Below, piece by piece: positions 52,915 to 64,000 of a DNA stretch of 64,000 bases; the first letter of the stretch is position 1, and each line of letters opens with the position of its first letter. Source of the DNA: Octopus vulgaris. Taxonomy: Eukaryota. The position numbers were made by a program, and so were the translations under genes. Location: NCBI GenBank assembly GCA_951406725.2, contig OX597818.1:47368001-47432000 (forward strand), given 5' to 3'. Under the pieces are notes generated by a model. It saw nothing but the letters and a program-made list of their open reading frames with translations, was not told the DNA's origin and made no database searches.

Positions 52915-53059
52915 TTAATATACACAATTTCAAAAGAACTACTGATAGTTTCATGCTTTAAGTACCTCTTTCTCTCTCTCACAGGATAGAATACATTTTT
53001 TTTTATTGATCCTACCTAAATTGGAACTGTAAACTATATATATATTTATTATATTTAGG

Positions 53060-53357
53060 TGTAAATGAAAGGACAAGCAAGTCAGGCAATTCAATATAGA
53101 AACAATATCAAATACAAAAATATACATATATGTACATATAAAAAAATTTTTAACTTACACAGAATGGAAACGGTATCAGGAATTAAGGGGATTGAGTAGG
53201 AGTTTTACTTGTAAAACTCGTTAATTTCTGATATCACTTCCATTCTGTGTAAGTCAGACATTTTTTATATGTATACTTATATACATTTTTTTTGTATTAA
53301 ATGTATTTAATATTTTTTCTCTATCAACTCGCCTAAATTGCTTGTCCTTACACTTAC
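53060..53357. mobile_element. Fold-back MITE
   Basis: acttacacagaatggaa / ttccattctgtgtaagt and aaggacaagcaa / ttgcttgtcctt pairings. Confidence 0.75.
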
Positions 53358-54044
53358 TCCTCTACCTGCTCAAGTTCAAATCTCTTGAGTACTACAATGC
53401 CTATTCTATACAAAAAATACCAGTCTCTAATCTGTAAACTATATATATATGATAGGATTCCACACAATTTCCATCGACCAAATTCACTCACAAAGCTCAA
53501 CCTGGGGTTGTAGAAGCCACTAGCCCAAGATGCTGTGCAGTTGGACTGAACCCAAAACCACAAGGTTGCAAAATGAGCTTCTTAACCACATAACTTGGAT
53601 CCACGAACTTCAAATTAAAGAGCATTTGAAATGATTCAACATATTTTAAAATCTACAGACCAAAACACTTACTGTGATTCTGCTACTATTTCTCATAATA
53701 GAATTGTCATAAGCTTCCTGATAAGCTTAAATGCTTGAATCTATATCAATATTGGTTATCTCCCTTCTAAGTTCTTAATTCAAGTTCCATTCGGTCAATT
53801 TTTATATTTTCACCTTTTTTTCAGGTTGCTAAAGTAATTCATTCCCCAGCCAAATTCTGATCTGACTGGATCAACTACACCCTCCCACAATACATTGTAG
53901 CTAAGTGCCAATCTTACAAAGTGTTATTATTTGAATGCAAGAAATATCTCAGTCGCCCACTGTCTTATGAAAATAAACCATTATAGATGACAAATGGTTA
54001 AAAGAAGAAAAATATAGATGAAACCCATAAGGATAATACTCTAC

Positions 54045-54106
54045 CTATCTTCATAAGGACTATCAGACACTTGCAAAACAGTAGCAACAAAGTCTTGAAG
54101 GACATC
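54045..54106 (-). CDS. ACTL6: ACTL6 exon (62 nt)
   Basis: tcctag/gtagag; DVLQDFVATVLQVSDSPYED(S); phase 0/2. Confidence 0.95.
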
Positions 54107-54365
54107 CTAGGAAGAAATAAAAAGGAATAAATTAATTGATGTAGAATCAAGTAAAAAGCGCAAAAGTCATCAAATATTGTATTTTTTATCTTTTATTTGT
54201 TTCAGTCATTGGGCTGCGGTCATGCTGGGGCATTGCATTGAAAGGCTAACTCGAATAATTCATGCCACCCTAGTACTTATTTTTAAGTACTAAGTCTCTT
54301 TTGTTGAACAGCTAAGATAGGGATGTAAACAAACCAGCACTGGTTGTCAAGCTGTGGGACAGAAA

Positions 54366-54430
<65 letters not shown>

Positions 54431-54434
<4 letters not shown>

Positions 54435-54845
54435 CTTTATTGTCCACAGGGGGCTAAACATAGAGGGAACAAACAAGGACAGACAAAGGGATTAAGTCAA
54501 TTACATCGACCCCAGTGCATAACTGGTACTTATTTAATCGACCCAAAAAGGATGAAAGGCAATGTCAACCTCGCCAGAATTTGAATTCAGAATGTAACGG
54601 CAGACGAAATACCTATTTCTTTACTACCCACAAGGGGCTAAACATAGAGGGGACAAACAAGGACAGACAAATGGATTAAGTCGATTACATCGACCCCAGT
54701 GCATAACTGGTACTTAATTTATCAACCCCAAAAGGATGAAAGGCAAAGTCGACCGCGGTGGAATTTGAACTCAGAACCTAACGGCAGACGAAATACCACT
54801 AAGTATTTCACCTGGCGTGCTAATGATTCTCCCAGCTCACCGCCC
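54431..54845 (-). mobile_element. Dimeric family-B SINE (second copy)
   Basis: Same internal junction as 11407-11821. Confidence 0.88.
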
Positions 54846-55849
54846 TGAGAAACATCATCATCATGATCATCATTTAGCGTCCGCTTTCCATGCTAGCATG
54901 GGTTGGACAGTTCAACTAAGGTCTGGGAAGCCAGAAGGCTGCACCAGGCCCAGTCTGATCTGGCAATGTTTCTACAGCTGGATGCCTTTCCTGATGCCAA
55001 TATATATATACCTCAAACTACTTCATTTGGCGAGTTTATTGCACCAAAGAAAGATGTTGTGCCACTTGCAGTCCCATGAGGCTGGTGATTTTGTGAAGCT
55101 ATTCAAGTTATATTTTTAGCTCTTATTTTGCACCCTTATTTATGAATTTTGCCTTTTTGGTTTCCATTGCAACAGTCACCTATATTACAATGTATTTAAT
55201 ATATCATAATATATTATTTTACTATTATATCTCAGTGTGTGTGTGTGTCTGTATATGTACACACTCATGCATAGGCTTTCACAGTTTCCGTGTGCCAAAT
55301 TCACACACAAGGCACACACAATAGGTTTCCACACAGTTTCTATCAAAGTCATTCACAAGACATTGGTCAACCAAGGACTATAGTAGGAAATACTTGTCCA
55401 AGATGTTGTGCAATGAGACAGAATCTGAATCTGCATGGTAGCAAAGAGAATTTCTTAACCACATAGCCATGCCTAAGCCTTTTAATTGTATTTATTTCAA
55501 AACGTACAAAACAGCCCTAAAGAAAGAAAGCTGTCTTAGGGTCAATACAGCTTAACATCAGTCATTGCTGTAATAAGACAAAGATTCAGAACAAAAACTA
55601 CAAGGTATATCTGACACTCTAGCAGTCGTACTAATTTACTGCCTTGGATTGATATATTTTTACTGATCCCAAAATGACAGAAGCCAAAGGTAACCTTGAT
55701 GAGATTTGAACTCGGGGACCCAAAAAACACTGAAAAATATTCTATTCAATGTTCTATCATCATCATGGCTGTCACATCCGTTTTTCCATGCTGGCTCATG
55801 GGTCAGTTGGAGTTTTTTGAGGCAAAGTATCTATGGTTTGATGCTTTTA

Positions 55850-56330
55850 AATAATAATAATAATAATGAAATTGTTGTAGAATCTCAGGAAGCATGGAAG
55901 TTTTGAAGGATGCAGTGCTCCGACAACTAACAATTGATGCTGGCAGTTTGTTCCATGCTTCAGCAACTCTTAGCGTGAAAAAATGTTTCCGAAAGTCATG
56001 GGAGCTGTGCTGTTTTCTGACTTTGTAAACATGTCTACGGGTGTTAGACAGGTGGAGTTTGAAAAGGTGCTCAGAGTTATTGTTTGTAAGATGGTTAATA
56101 ATTTTATGGGTGTCTGCCAAGTCAGTTGCCAGACGTCGGAGTTTCAATGTATCCATGCCCAGGGAAGTAAGGCGTTCAGAATATGGCAAATGCCTGATGG
56201 AGGGTATTCTCTTGATTGCACGTCTCTGAACGGCTTCCAGACAATTAATATCCTGGGCAAGATAGGGGTTCCAGATCGGTGATGCAAATTCCAGGTGAGG
56301 TCACACCATAGCTATATAAAGCCTCAGCTC
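55850..56330 (-). mobile_element. Second copy of the same CR1-group LINE
   Basis: PYSERLTSLGMDTLKLRRLATDL...FFTLRVAEAWNKLP, near-identical to 49866-50280. Confidence 0.88.
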
Positions 56331-57443
56331 TTGTTGCCAACCTTATCTTTTCCAAGCAGGGTCATATCCACCCCCACCCCCCGATCAGACATGTTTTTAT
56401 GGAAGACTGGAAATGAAGGACACCACTTATGACAGTGACAATTGTTTGCACCTAGAAAATACAGTCAAGACAAAGAGGCACAAACACACATACATACAAG
56501 GGTTTCTTTCAGTTTACCAAATCCACTAACAAGGCTTTAGTCAGTCCACAGCTATAGTAGAAGACATTTGCCCAAGATGCCATGTAATGAAACTGAAGCA
56601 AACTTCTTAACTGCTGCATCAACATCATCATTCAAAGTCTGTTTTCAATGCTGGCATGGGTTGGATGGTTTGACAGAAGCTGGTAAGTTGGAGAGCTGCA
56701 CCAGGATATCCACTTGTTTGGTTTGGCATGGTTTCTACAGCTGGATGCCCTTCCTAATGCCAACCACTTTACAGAGTGTACTGGGTGCTTTTTATTTGAC
56801 ACCAGCATGAATAATTTTTACATGTCACTAGCATTAACACTTTTTATGTAACACCAGCATGGACGCTTCGTACGTGGCACCAATTTGTCAAGAAAGTGAC
56901 TTGCAAGCATGTACAGCAACCAGCCTTCCACAAAAAAAAAAGATCTTGCTCAGGCCTGCATGAACATGTACAGATACATGGTCAATCTTGACTGACAGAA
57001 GCCCTACTTAGATACACAGTAGTGTTTACACTTCTACTTGTTTCAGTCATTTGACTGTGGCCATGCTGGAGCACCGCCTTTAGTCGAGCAAATCGACCCC
57101 AAGACTTATTCTTTGTAAGCCTAGTTACTTAATCTATTGGTCTGTTTTGCCGAACCGCTAAGTTACGGGGACATAAACATACCAGCATCGGTTGTCAAGC
57201 GATGTTGGGGGGGACAAACACACACACATAAATATATACGACGGGCTTCTTTCAGTTTCCATCTACCAAATCAACTCACAAGGCTTTGGTCGGCCCGAGG
57301 CTATAGTAGAAGACACTTGCCCAAGGTGCCATGCAGTGGGACTGAACCCGGAACCATGTGGTTAGTAAGTAAGCTACTTACCACACAGCCACTCCTACGC
57401 CTACGTTTATGTAAGAAATTAGTGAAATACCAAAGAAATTTAC

Positions 57444-57530
57444 CTTGACCATATAGTTATGGAATGATTTAGTAACTTCAGGAACTTCCCTTTTTACATA
57501 TTTAGGTGATTCATTCTCTTGTACAGGTTC
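57444..57530 (-). CDS. ACTL6: ACTL6 exon (87 nt)
   Basis: ttccag/gtaaat; EPVQENESPKYVKREVPEVTKSFHNYMVK, the ARP4-specific insertion ending in the S.HNYM motif; phase 0/0. Confidence 0.93.
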
Positions 57531-58078
57531 CTGGAATTAAATTGAAAATTAATTAGTGATAGATATCTTGGAAAATTCAATTTTACAACTTTAAGAAACA
57601 TAAGCTTTTGTTTGGGTCTGTTGCAAATAGTGTTTTGTAGGTAAGGCTGTGTGTGAATGATATAACAACAACATGCAAACATTCAAATAACATTTATTCA
57701 CAGCACAAGTGATATTTAGGTGGGTCGTGAATTAGGAAGTTTCCAAGAGTCAACACAATTGAAAGAATAATTCTGCAGTATTTATAAATAGCTGATTACA
57801 AAAGCTCTCTACTTAAGCTTGCCAAGACAGGAGAAAATATACTCACAGGATTCACATCATAAAACTATAGCAGCATGTTTGCAAAACTTTAGCTGCTGTC
57901 CATAAGGTTGAATAACAGTTTAAAAGCCAGAAAGTGAATGAATCAGCCAGTCTTTACTCAATTAAGATCGGCAACAGTGAAGACGGCATTCTGCCCAGAC
58001 GTCTACGACATTCTGCCAAGTTGGCACTCGAAGCCTATTTATAACCCTTGAACTAAGATGTTCAAGAAGGATCTAGAA

Positions 58079-58385
58079 CACTGGTTTTCAACCAGGATTC
58101 ATATAAGATTTTTGGGGGTCCATGCAGGCAAAGTAGTTAATTGGAAATCCACAGTAGTATTTTAAGGGTCCATGAAAAATTTTGATTAGATGTATTTATT
58201 GCAAGGAACAAGATTTCTTTCCCTAATGTTTTACATAGTTCGTCCTGCACAAGTTAATGTGTGACAAATAAAATAGGAATTTTGAAAGAGTTATCTATAA
58301 AACTAGTTTTTAGACATCGAATGGTCCACTAGAATAAAATAGTAAACAAAGGGGTCCATAGATAGAAAGTGGTTGAGAACCACTG
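58079..58385. mobile_element. hAT-Charlie-like MITE
   Basis: cactggttttcaacc / ggttgagaaccactg TIRs; perfect 8-bp TSD atctagaa. Confidence 0.9.
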
Positions 58386-58500
58386 ATCTAGAAGAACCTA
58401 TCACCAGCTGCTGATTGGTGTCACATGAACAAGGTTGTACCATGTCATGGCTTAGACTTTGTTATTTGACATGTTGGTATTGAATCTTGCTAAATATTTA

Positions 58501-59090
58501 GGAGCTTTACCTTTTGACCCACAGATTTAACAAATAATTTTTTGTAACTAAACATTTTCAAACTTTGAACACTAGTAGAATGTGTCATATAAAACATGTT
58601 TTACTCTTAGCATTTTTGAGAAAAGCTTATATTTATGAAATAATTTCACGTTAAAGTTGTAGTATTTCGGTAATTTCAACCAATCAATGACCTGTATTCA
58701 GCTGAATAAAATTACTGCCATTGTTTGTCAACAAGAACTTCCTGCAGTGTATTTTTCGTCTGTCACTGTTATTTATGACAACCCTAACCTTGAAGCCTTA
58801 AAGCTAAAACCAGTACAAACGCACAAACGATGTCATAAATAACAATGACAAACGAAAAATACACTGCCGATAGTCGTTGATAAACAGCTGAATACATGTC
58901 ATTGATTGGTTGAAATTACCGAAATAGGCCCACTTTAACGTGAAATTACTTTGTAAATATAAGTTTTTCTTAACAATGCTCAGAGTAAAACATGTTTTAT
59001 ATGACACATTCTATCAGTGTCTGAAATTTGAAAGTGTTTAGTTACAAAAAATTATTTTTTAAATCTGTAGGTCAAAAAAGGTAAAGATCC
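58501..59090. mobile_element. Long fold-back MITE with GG termini and 8-bp TSD (Merlin-like)
   Basis: ggagctttacc ... ggtaaagatcc; aatattta duplicated at 58493 and 59091; about 280-bp arms. Confidence 0.82.
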
Positions 59091-60239
59091 AATATTTATT
59101 GAATAGCTAGACAGCTATTCAAGGAGTGTGGCTTAGTTGTTAGGGTGTTATTCCCACAATTGTAAGACTGTGGTTTCAATTCAAGAGCTGGGCAATGCAT
59201 TGTGTTCTTGAGCAAAACAATTCATTTCACAATGCTCCAGTCCACTCAACTTTGAGTTCCAGCAATATCTGGGAAGTTAAAACTAACAGACCAACATCCC
59301 ATACAGGGGTGGGTGTTGTAATCTCAGTCAATTAAACTGGTACTCCCTCTGTCAGTTACAATGACAAGGGTTCCAGCTGATCTGATCAACAGAACAGCTT
59401 GCTCATGAAATCAACTTGCAAGTGGTTGAGCACTCCACAGACACGCATACTCTTAATGCATTTCTCAAGGAAATTCAGTGTAACACAGGATGTGACAAGG
59501 CCGGTCCTTTGAATTACAACTCATTTTTGCCAGTCAAGTGGATTAGAGTAACATGAAATACAAGAGCCTTGCTCAAAGACACGATGCACAGCTGGGAATC
59601 AAACACATGACTTCATGATTGTGAGTAGAATACCCTAACCACTAAGCCATGTTCCTTCACTCTTGGTCACTTATACTCCATGAGAACTGTGATAAGCTCT
59701 GGCCTGATGAGTCCTGAAGTTCATGACAGACATAAGTTCCAAAGTAACCATTAGTATTTATGCAGCCCTGGGTTCATTCCAACTCTACATCTCTCCACCT
59801 GTCATGTCCTTTGTCATCTCCCTTGTTTTACATCCTGATGAATTTTCTCTAATCATTTGTATAGGAAGTGGAGGTGCATGGCTTAGTGGTTAGGGTGTTG
59901 GACTCCTGATCATAACATTGTGGTTTCAATTCCTGGACCACGTGGTGTAGTGTGTTGTTGAGCAAAACACTTCATTTCAAGTTGCTGCAGTCCATTCAGC
60001 TGGTAAAAATGAGGAATCCTGCAACAGACTAGCATCCCATCCAGGGAGGAGTATTACACACTACAGAAACCAGAAAACTGGCCTTATGCTCCTTAACAGA
60101 GAAATGTGGTTAAGCCCACATTGTATAGAAAGACTTAAACATAAAACAGAATCTAACCTAATTTTTTGCATCTAGCCCCTTTTTATTTGGATGGCAAAAT
60201 TCTTGATGTGAACTCGTACTGAAACAGATTTTGTTGTAA

Positions 60240-60622
60240 GTTGTGAGGGTCATTATGCCCATAATAAACATACACTGGTTCTATTTCATTTACATCTTAT
60301 TATTGTTGTTAGTCATTTACTCTTTATTCTTTTACTTGTTTCAGTCATTTGACTGTGGCCATGCTGGAGCACCGCCTTTAGTCGAGCAAATCGCCCCCAG
60401 GACTTATTCTATCAGTCACTTTTGCAGAACCGCTAAGATATGCGGGCGTAACACACCAGCATCGGTTGACAGGCGATGTTGGGGGGCCAAACACAGGCAC
60501 ACAAACGTATACGCACACACACATACATACATCATCATCGTTTAACGTCCGTTCTCCATGCTAGCATGGGTTGGACGGTTTGACCGGGGATCTGGGAAGC
60601 CAGAAGGCTGCACCAGGCTCCG

Positions 60623-60663
<41 letters not shown>

Positions 60664-61100
60664 ACGGGCTTCTTTCAGTTTCCGTCTACCAAATCCACTC
60701 ACAAGGTGCCATGCAGTGGGACTGAACCCAGAACCATGTGGTTGGTAAGCAAACTACTTACCACACAGTCACTCCTATGCCTATATTAGTTAATCATTTA
60801 ACCAATAAACAAACTGATTGTTTAATTAATCATTCAGTCAATCAATCAACCTCATCAATGACACACCCTTTCTATTCTAGGGTTGTTTGATCATGGAGAA
60901 GCTGTAGTAGACTTGTTGTAGAGAGGGCATCTCACTGATGAGGTTGCAAATGGCAAAGAAGGGACTTCAGCAAACCAAACCAACTGACCAAACAATTAAA
61001 TAAACTATCTATTAGTTAATTGGTTGACTAAGTGACTAACAACAATAAGAGAAGTGAAATAGAACCAATGCATGTGTTTATTACTGGTATAACAATTCTC
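60240..61100. mobile_element. Old fold-back element split by SINEs
   Basis: ggttctatttca..ttattgttgttagtca (about 60277-60316) is inverted at about 61032-61068. Confidence 0.55.
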
Positions 61101-61999
61101 CTGAGGTACAATAAAATCTAACCTTTTCTTTCTTTCCTTTCACAGCACCTTGTAAGAAAAATTTCAAATATCTGCTGGCAGAATTATTTTAACCCTTTAG
61201 CATTCAAACCGGCCATATCCGGCCAAAATATTTAACCTGTTTTATATTGAAACTGACCAGCTCTCGCCTCTCACCTCAGCCTTACAATGTCGTTCTAAAA
61301 CTAAAAAATAGCATCACTGAAATCTCTAAATTACAAGATAATGCAGGATTAATTCAAAACAATATAAATAAACAAACATCACATTTGACAGAATAATCTG
61401 AACACTAAAGGGTTAAACATAAAACCTTAATGATGCAACAAATGGGAATTTAAGTACCAAAATTTAACTTTACAAAGGAATTCTGTGTTCAAATTAATTA
61501 ATTTGTTGCGAATAAAATGCATAGGAATCCTCCAGACAACTTTAGACGTTGACATTTCCCCGTCTGGTTGAAATTGCAAGAATAAATTGGTTTAATACAA
61601 GCTAAGATATAATTTCTATCACCTGTTCCACAAGCTACAACATCATCATCATCATCGTTTAACGTCCGTTCTCCATGCTAGCATGGGTTGGACGGTTCGA
61701 CCGGGGATCTGGGAAGCCAGAAGGCTGCACCAGGCTCCGGTCTTATCTGGCAATGTTTCTACAGCTGGATGCCCTTCCTAACGCCAACCACTCCGTGAGT
61801 GTAGTGGGTGCTTTTTACGTGCCACCTGCACTGGTGCCAGGCGAGGCTGGCATCGGCCACGGTCGGATTGGTGCATTTTACGTGCCACCTGCACGGAAGC
61901 CAGTCGAGTACAGAGAGGATTTTATTAGGTTACTATTCAAGTCTAAAGACTCCATTAACTTCATTCTTTTACCTTTCAATTACTACTATTATTATTCGC

Positions 62000-62548
62000 T
62001 CGCTCAAGGTCAAGCGTCACATAGGTGCTGCCAGATCTGCTTTCGTGCGCCTCCAGCGGTGCCTGTGGGACAGAAGAGAGATCTCCTCGGAGACCAAAGG
62101 GCGAATCTACCGGGCCGTCGTTTGTACTATCCTCCTCTATGGTTGTGAAACATGGCCTATGAGGGGAATCGATCAGCGAAGGCTGGAGGTGCTCGACAAT
62201 GACTGTCTCCGCCACATTCTTCGCTGCCGATGCATTGATCAGGTTCCTACAGCTGGTCTTTGTCATCGCCTGAATCTCCAGCCCCTCCCTTCAGTGCTTC
62301 GGTCATGCACAAACACACGGTAGGCAGCTGAAGTCCCGGGCAACGACGATAAAGGAAGACCTCTCCGAACTCTCAGGTCCGCAGGTGGCCGGTCTGCGCA
62401 GATGGAACCACAAATGGCTCGCTATCTCCAGTGACCTTGCACAGGACCGTCGAGTGTAGGCCACCATGGTTCGTGATGCCATTAGGAACAGAGAAGAAGC
62501 CGGTTCAACCCGCCCTGGGTGAATGCCATCACAAGTACAATTAAGTAC
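62000..62548 (+). mobile_element. RTE (BovB-like) LINE 3' fragment
   Basis: IGAARSAFVRLQRCLWDRREISSETKGRIYRAVVCTILLYGCETW; ends caagtacaattaagta. Confidence 0.85.
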
Positions 62549-62824
62549 TATTATTATCGATGTTTTTATTATTTTTGATTGATTTGGCTCAGCTTTGTTC
62601 TTATTCTTGGTAGAATTTACATGGGCAGTGGGTAAACTTAAACTTAAGCATCAGCAAACTTTCAATAGTCTTTCAAGTACTTAAGACCCTCCTGTTAATC
62701 TTTCCTGTCGCGAAGAGGCAAACTTTCTGTAGAAGCTCTACAGGGTATTCTATTCCAACCTCTGTCAACCATTTGTCTATAGCTTTGCTCACAGTTCCCA
62801 ATGCACCAATTATTATTATTATAA

Positions 62825-63350
62825 TTGAGTGAGAGAGCAGAGCATGCCATCAAAGTGACACTAGGGTAAAATATACAAAGCCCAGTATACCCATCTGATA
62901 AAGATACACCAGGCACAGGCATCACAACCATATGTGCACAACATGGAAATCTCATATCAAGATAAACAGTGCATGTGGGGCCCAGTTAGAATTTTCTTCA
63001 GGTCGAGTAACCCATCCCGCTCAGAAAGTCCCTGAATAAGGGTCGTTTAAAGATGCTGAACAAAACACCTATGTTTCCAGAGGTGAATTATCCAAACCCC
63101 AAAGAATTCCTCTCAACACATGGTTACGATGCCCCACCACTACTTCTGCTCGTGATCAGAGCTGCACATATCGTCAGCCACTAAGGGACATGCTCAACTA
63201 GTTAAGATTAAGCAACTGACAAGCAAATCTGTAGTATTGAGCAGAATATTTGCTGTAGCCCATCTTTATACCGAGACAAAACAATGTACATGATAACACT
63301 TCCAATCAGTTAAGATCAGAAGCCATAAGAGCCACTGCCTGGTACTGCAA
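62825..63350 (-). mobile_element. Unclassified about 530-bp interspersed repeat within (ATT)n
   Basis: Homologous, in reverse orientation, to 21045-21320; (ATT)n on both sides. Confidence 0.65.
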
Positions 63351-63397
63351 TTATTATTATTATTCAATTTTTCTAAAAACAAAAACACACTCCTTAC

Positions 63398-63504
63398 CTT
63401 TGCACGTATAAGGTATGGCGGGACAATCTCAATATCAAGTTCTTCACACATTTTCTTGCTTTCCATGATAATGAAGTCACCTGCCAGCGGGGATTTTACA
63501 ATTG
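63398..63504 (-). CDS. ACTL6: Actin-like protein 6 (BAF53/ARP4), first exon visible in window (107 nt)
   Basis: ttttag acceptor and gtaagg donor; (A)[35 protein letters not shown] resembles ACTL6[37 protein letters not shown] (recalled). Confidence 0.96.
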
Positions 63505-63858
63505 CTAAAAACAGAGCACAAACAATATTTTAAACATCAGCGTCATCATTTTAACATCTGTTTCTCCATGCTGGCATGGGTCAGATGGAGTTTTTAACGA
63601 GGCAGATTTTTTTTGTGGCTTGATGCTCTTTCTGTTGCCAACATTCACTTGTTTCTAATCAAGTTAATATTTCCTCATGCTCAGCCATGTTTTCACAGAA
63701 TATTGGAAATGGATGCTACTGTCTCTATGACAGCGACACTCATTTACAAGAATCATGCAATGTTAAATCAAGGAGACACAAACCCACAAACAGTTTCTAC
63801 CAAACAAATTCACTCACAAGGTTTTGGTCAACTAGGACTATAGGAGCCACACAGTCAC

Positions 63859-63893
<35 letters not shown>

Positions 63894-64000
63894 TCGCTGC
63901 CAGAGCGGCTATCTGGCCTCCATACCGGTGGCACAAAAAAGACACCATTCGAGTGTGATCGTTACCAGCATCGCCTTACTGGCACCCGTGCCTGTGGCAT

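Noticed and set aside
59700-59735. CTGATGAG hammerhead-like motif
   Set aside because: No GAAA after the putative stem II; corresponds to the ordinary family-D SINE tail

Overview
AT-rich, repeat-saturated animal genomic DNA. The SINE/RTE repertoire looks like an octopus (coleoid cephalopod); this is recognition only, not a database result. The window holds the 3' eight coding exons of an actin-like protein 6 gene (ACTL6/BAF53/ARP4) on the minus strand: 63504-63398, 57530-57444, 54106-54045, 51627-51513, 45694-45614, 35827-35732, 11194-11108 and 3797-3717. All introns are GT-AG with consistent phases, giving 716 coding nt over about 60 kb; the 5' exons lie beyond the right edge. A probable terminal exon and 3' UTR of a convergent plus-strand gene occupies about 1321-2810. 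The introns contain a decayed near-full-length RTE LINE, a two-LTR Gypsy element, CR1/RTE/R4-like fragments, mariner, Tigger, hAT, piggyBac and Merlin-like MITEs, Helitron/HINE elements, and dozens of SINEs of at least four families. I found no intact novel multi-gene system. The best leads are: RTE-tail retrocopies that have captured foreign 5' RNAs, including a tRNA-Glu fragment; a Penelope-type hammerhead remnant; a candidate alternative or poison exon; a 4.7-kb Helitron with an internal inverted duplication; and a twin-primed RTE. Exon coordinates were counted base by base; most repeat boundaries are approximate.
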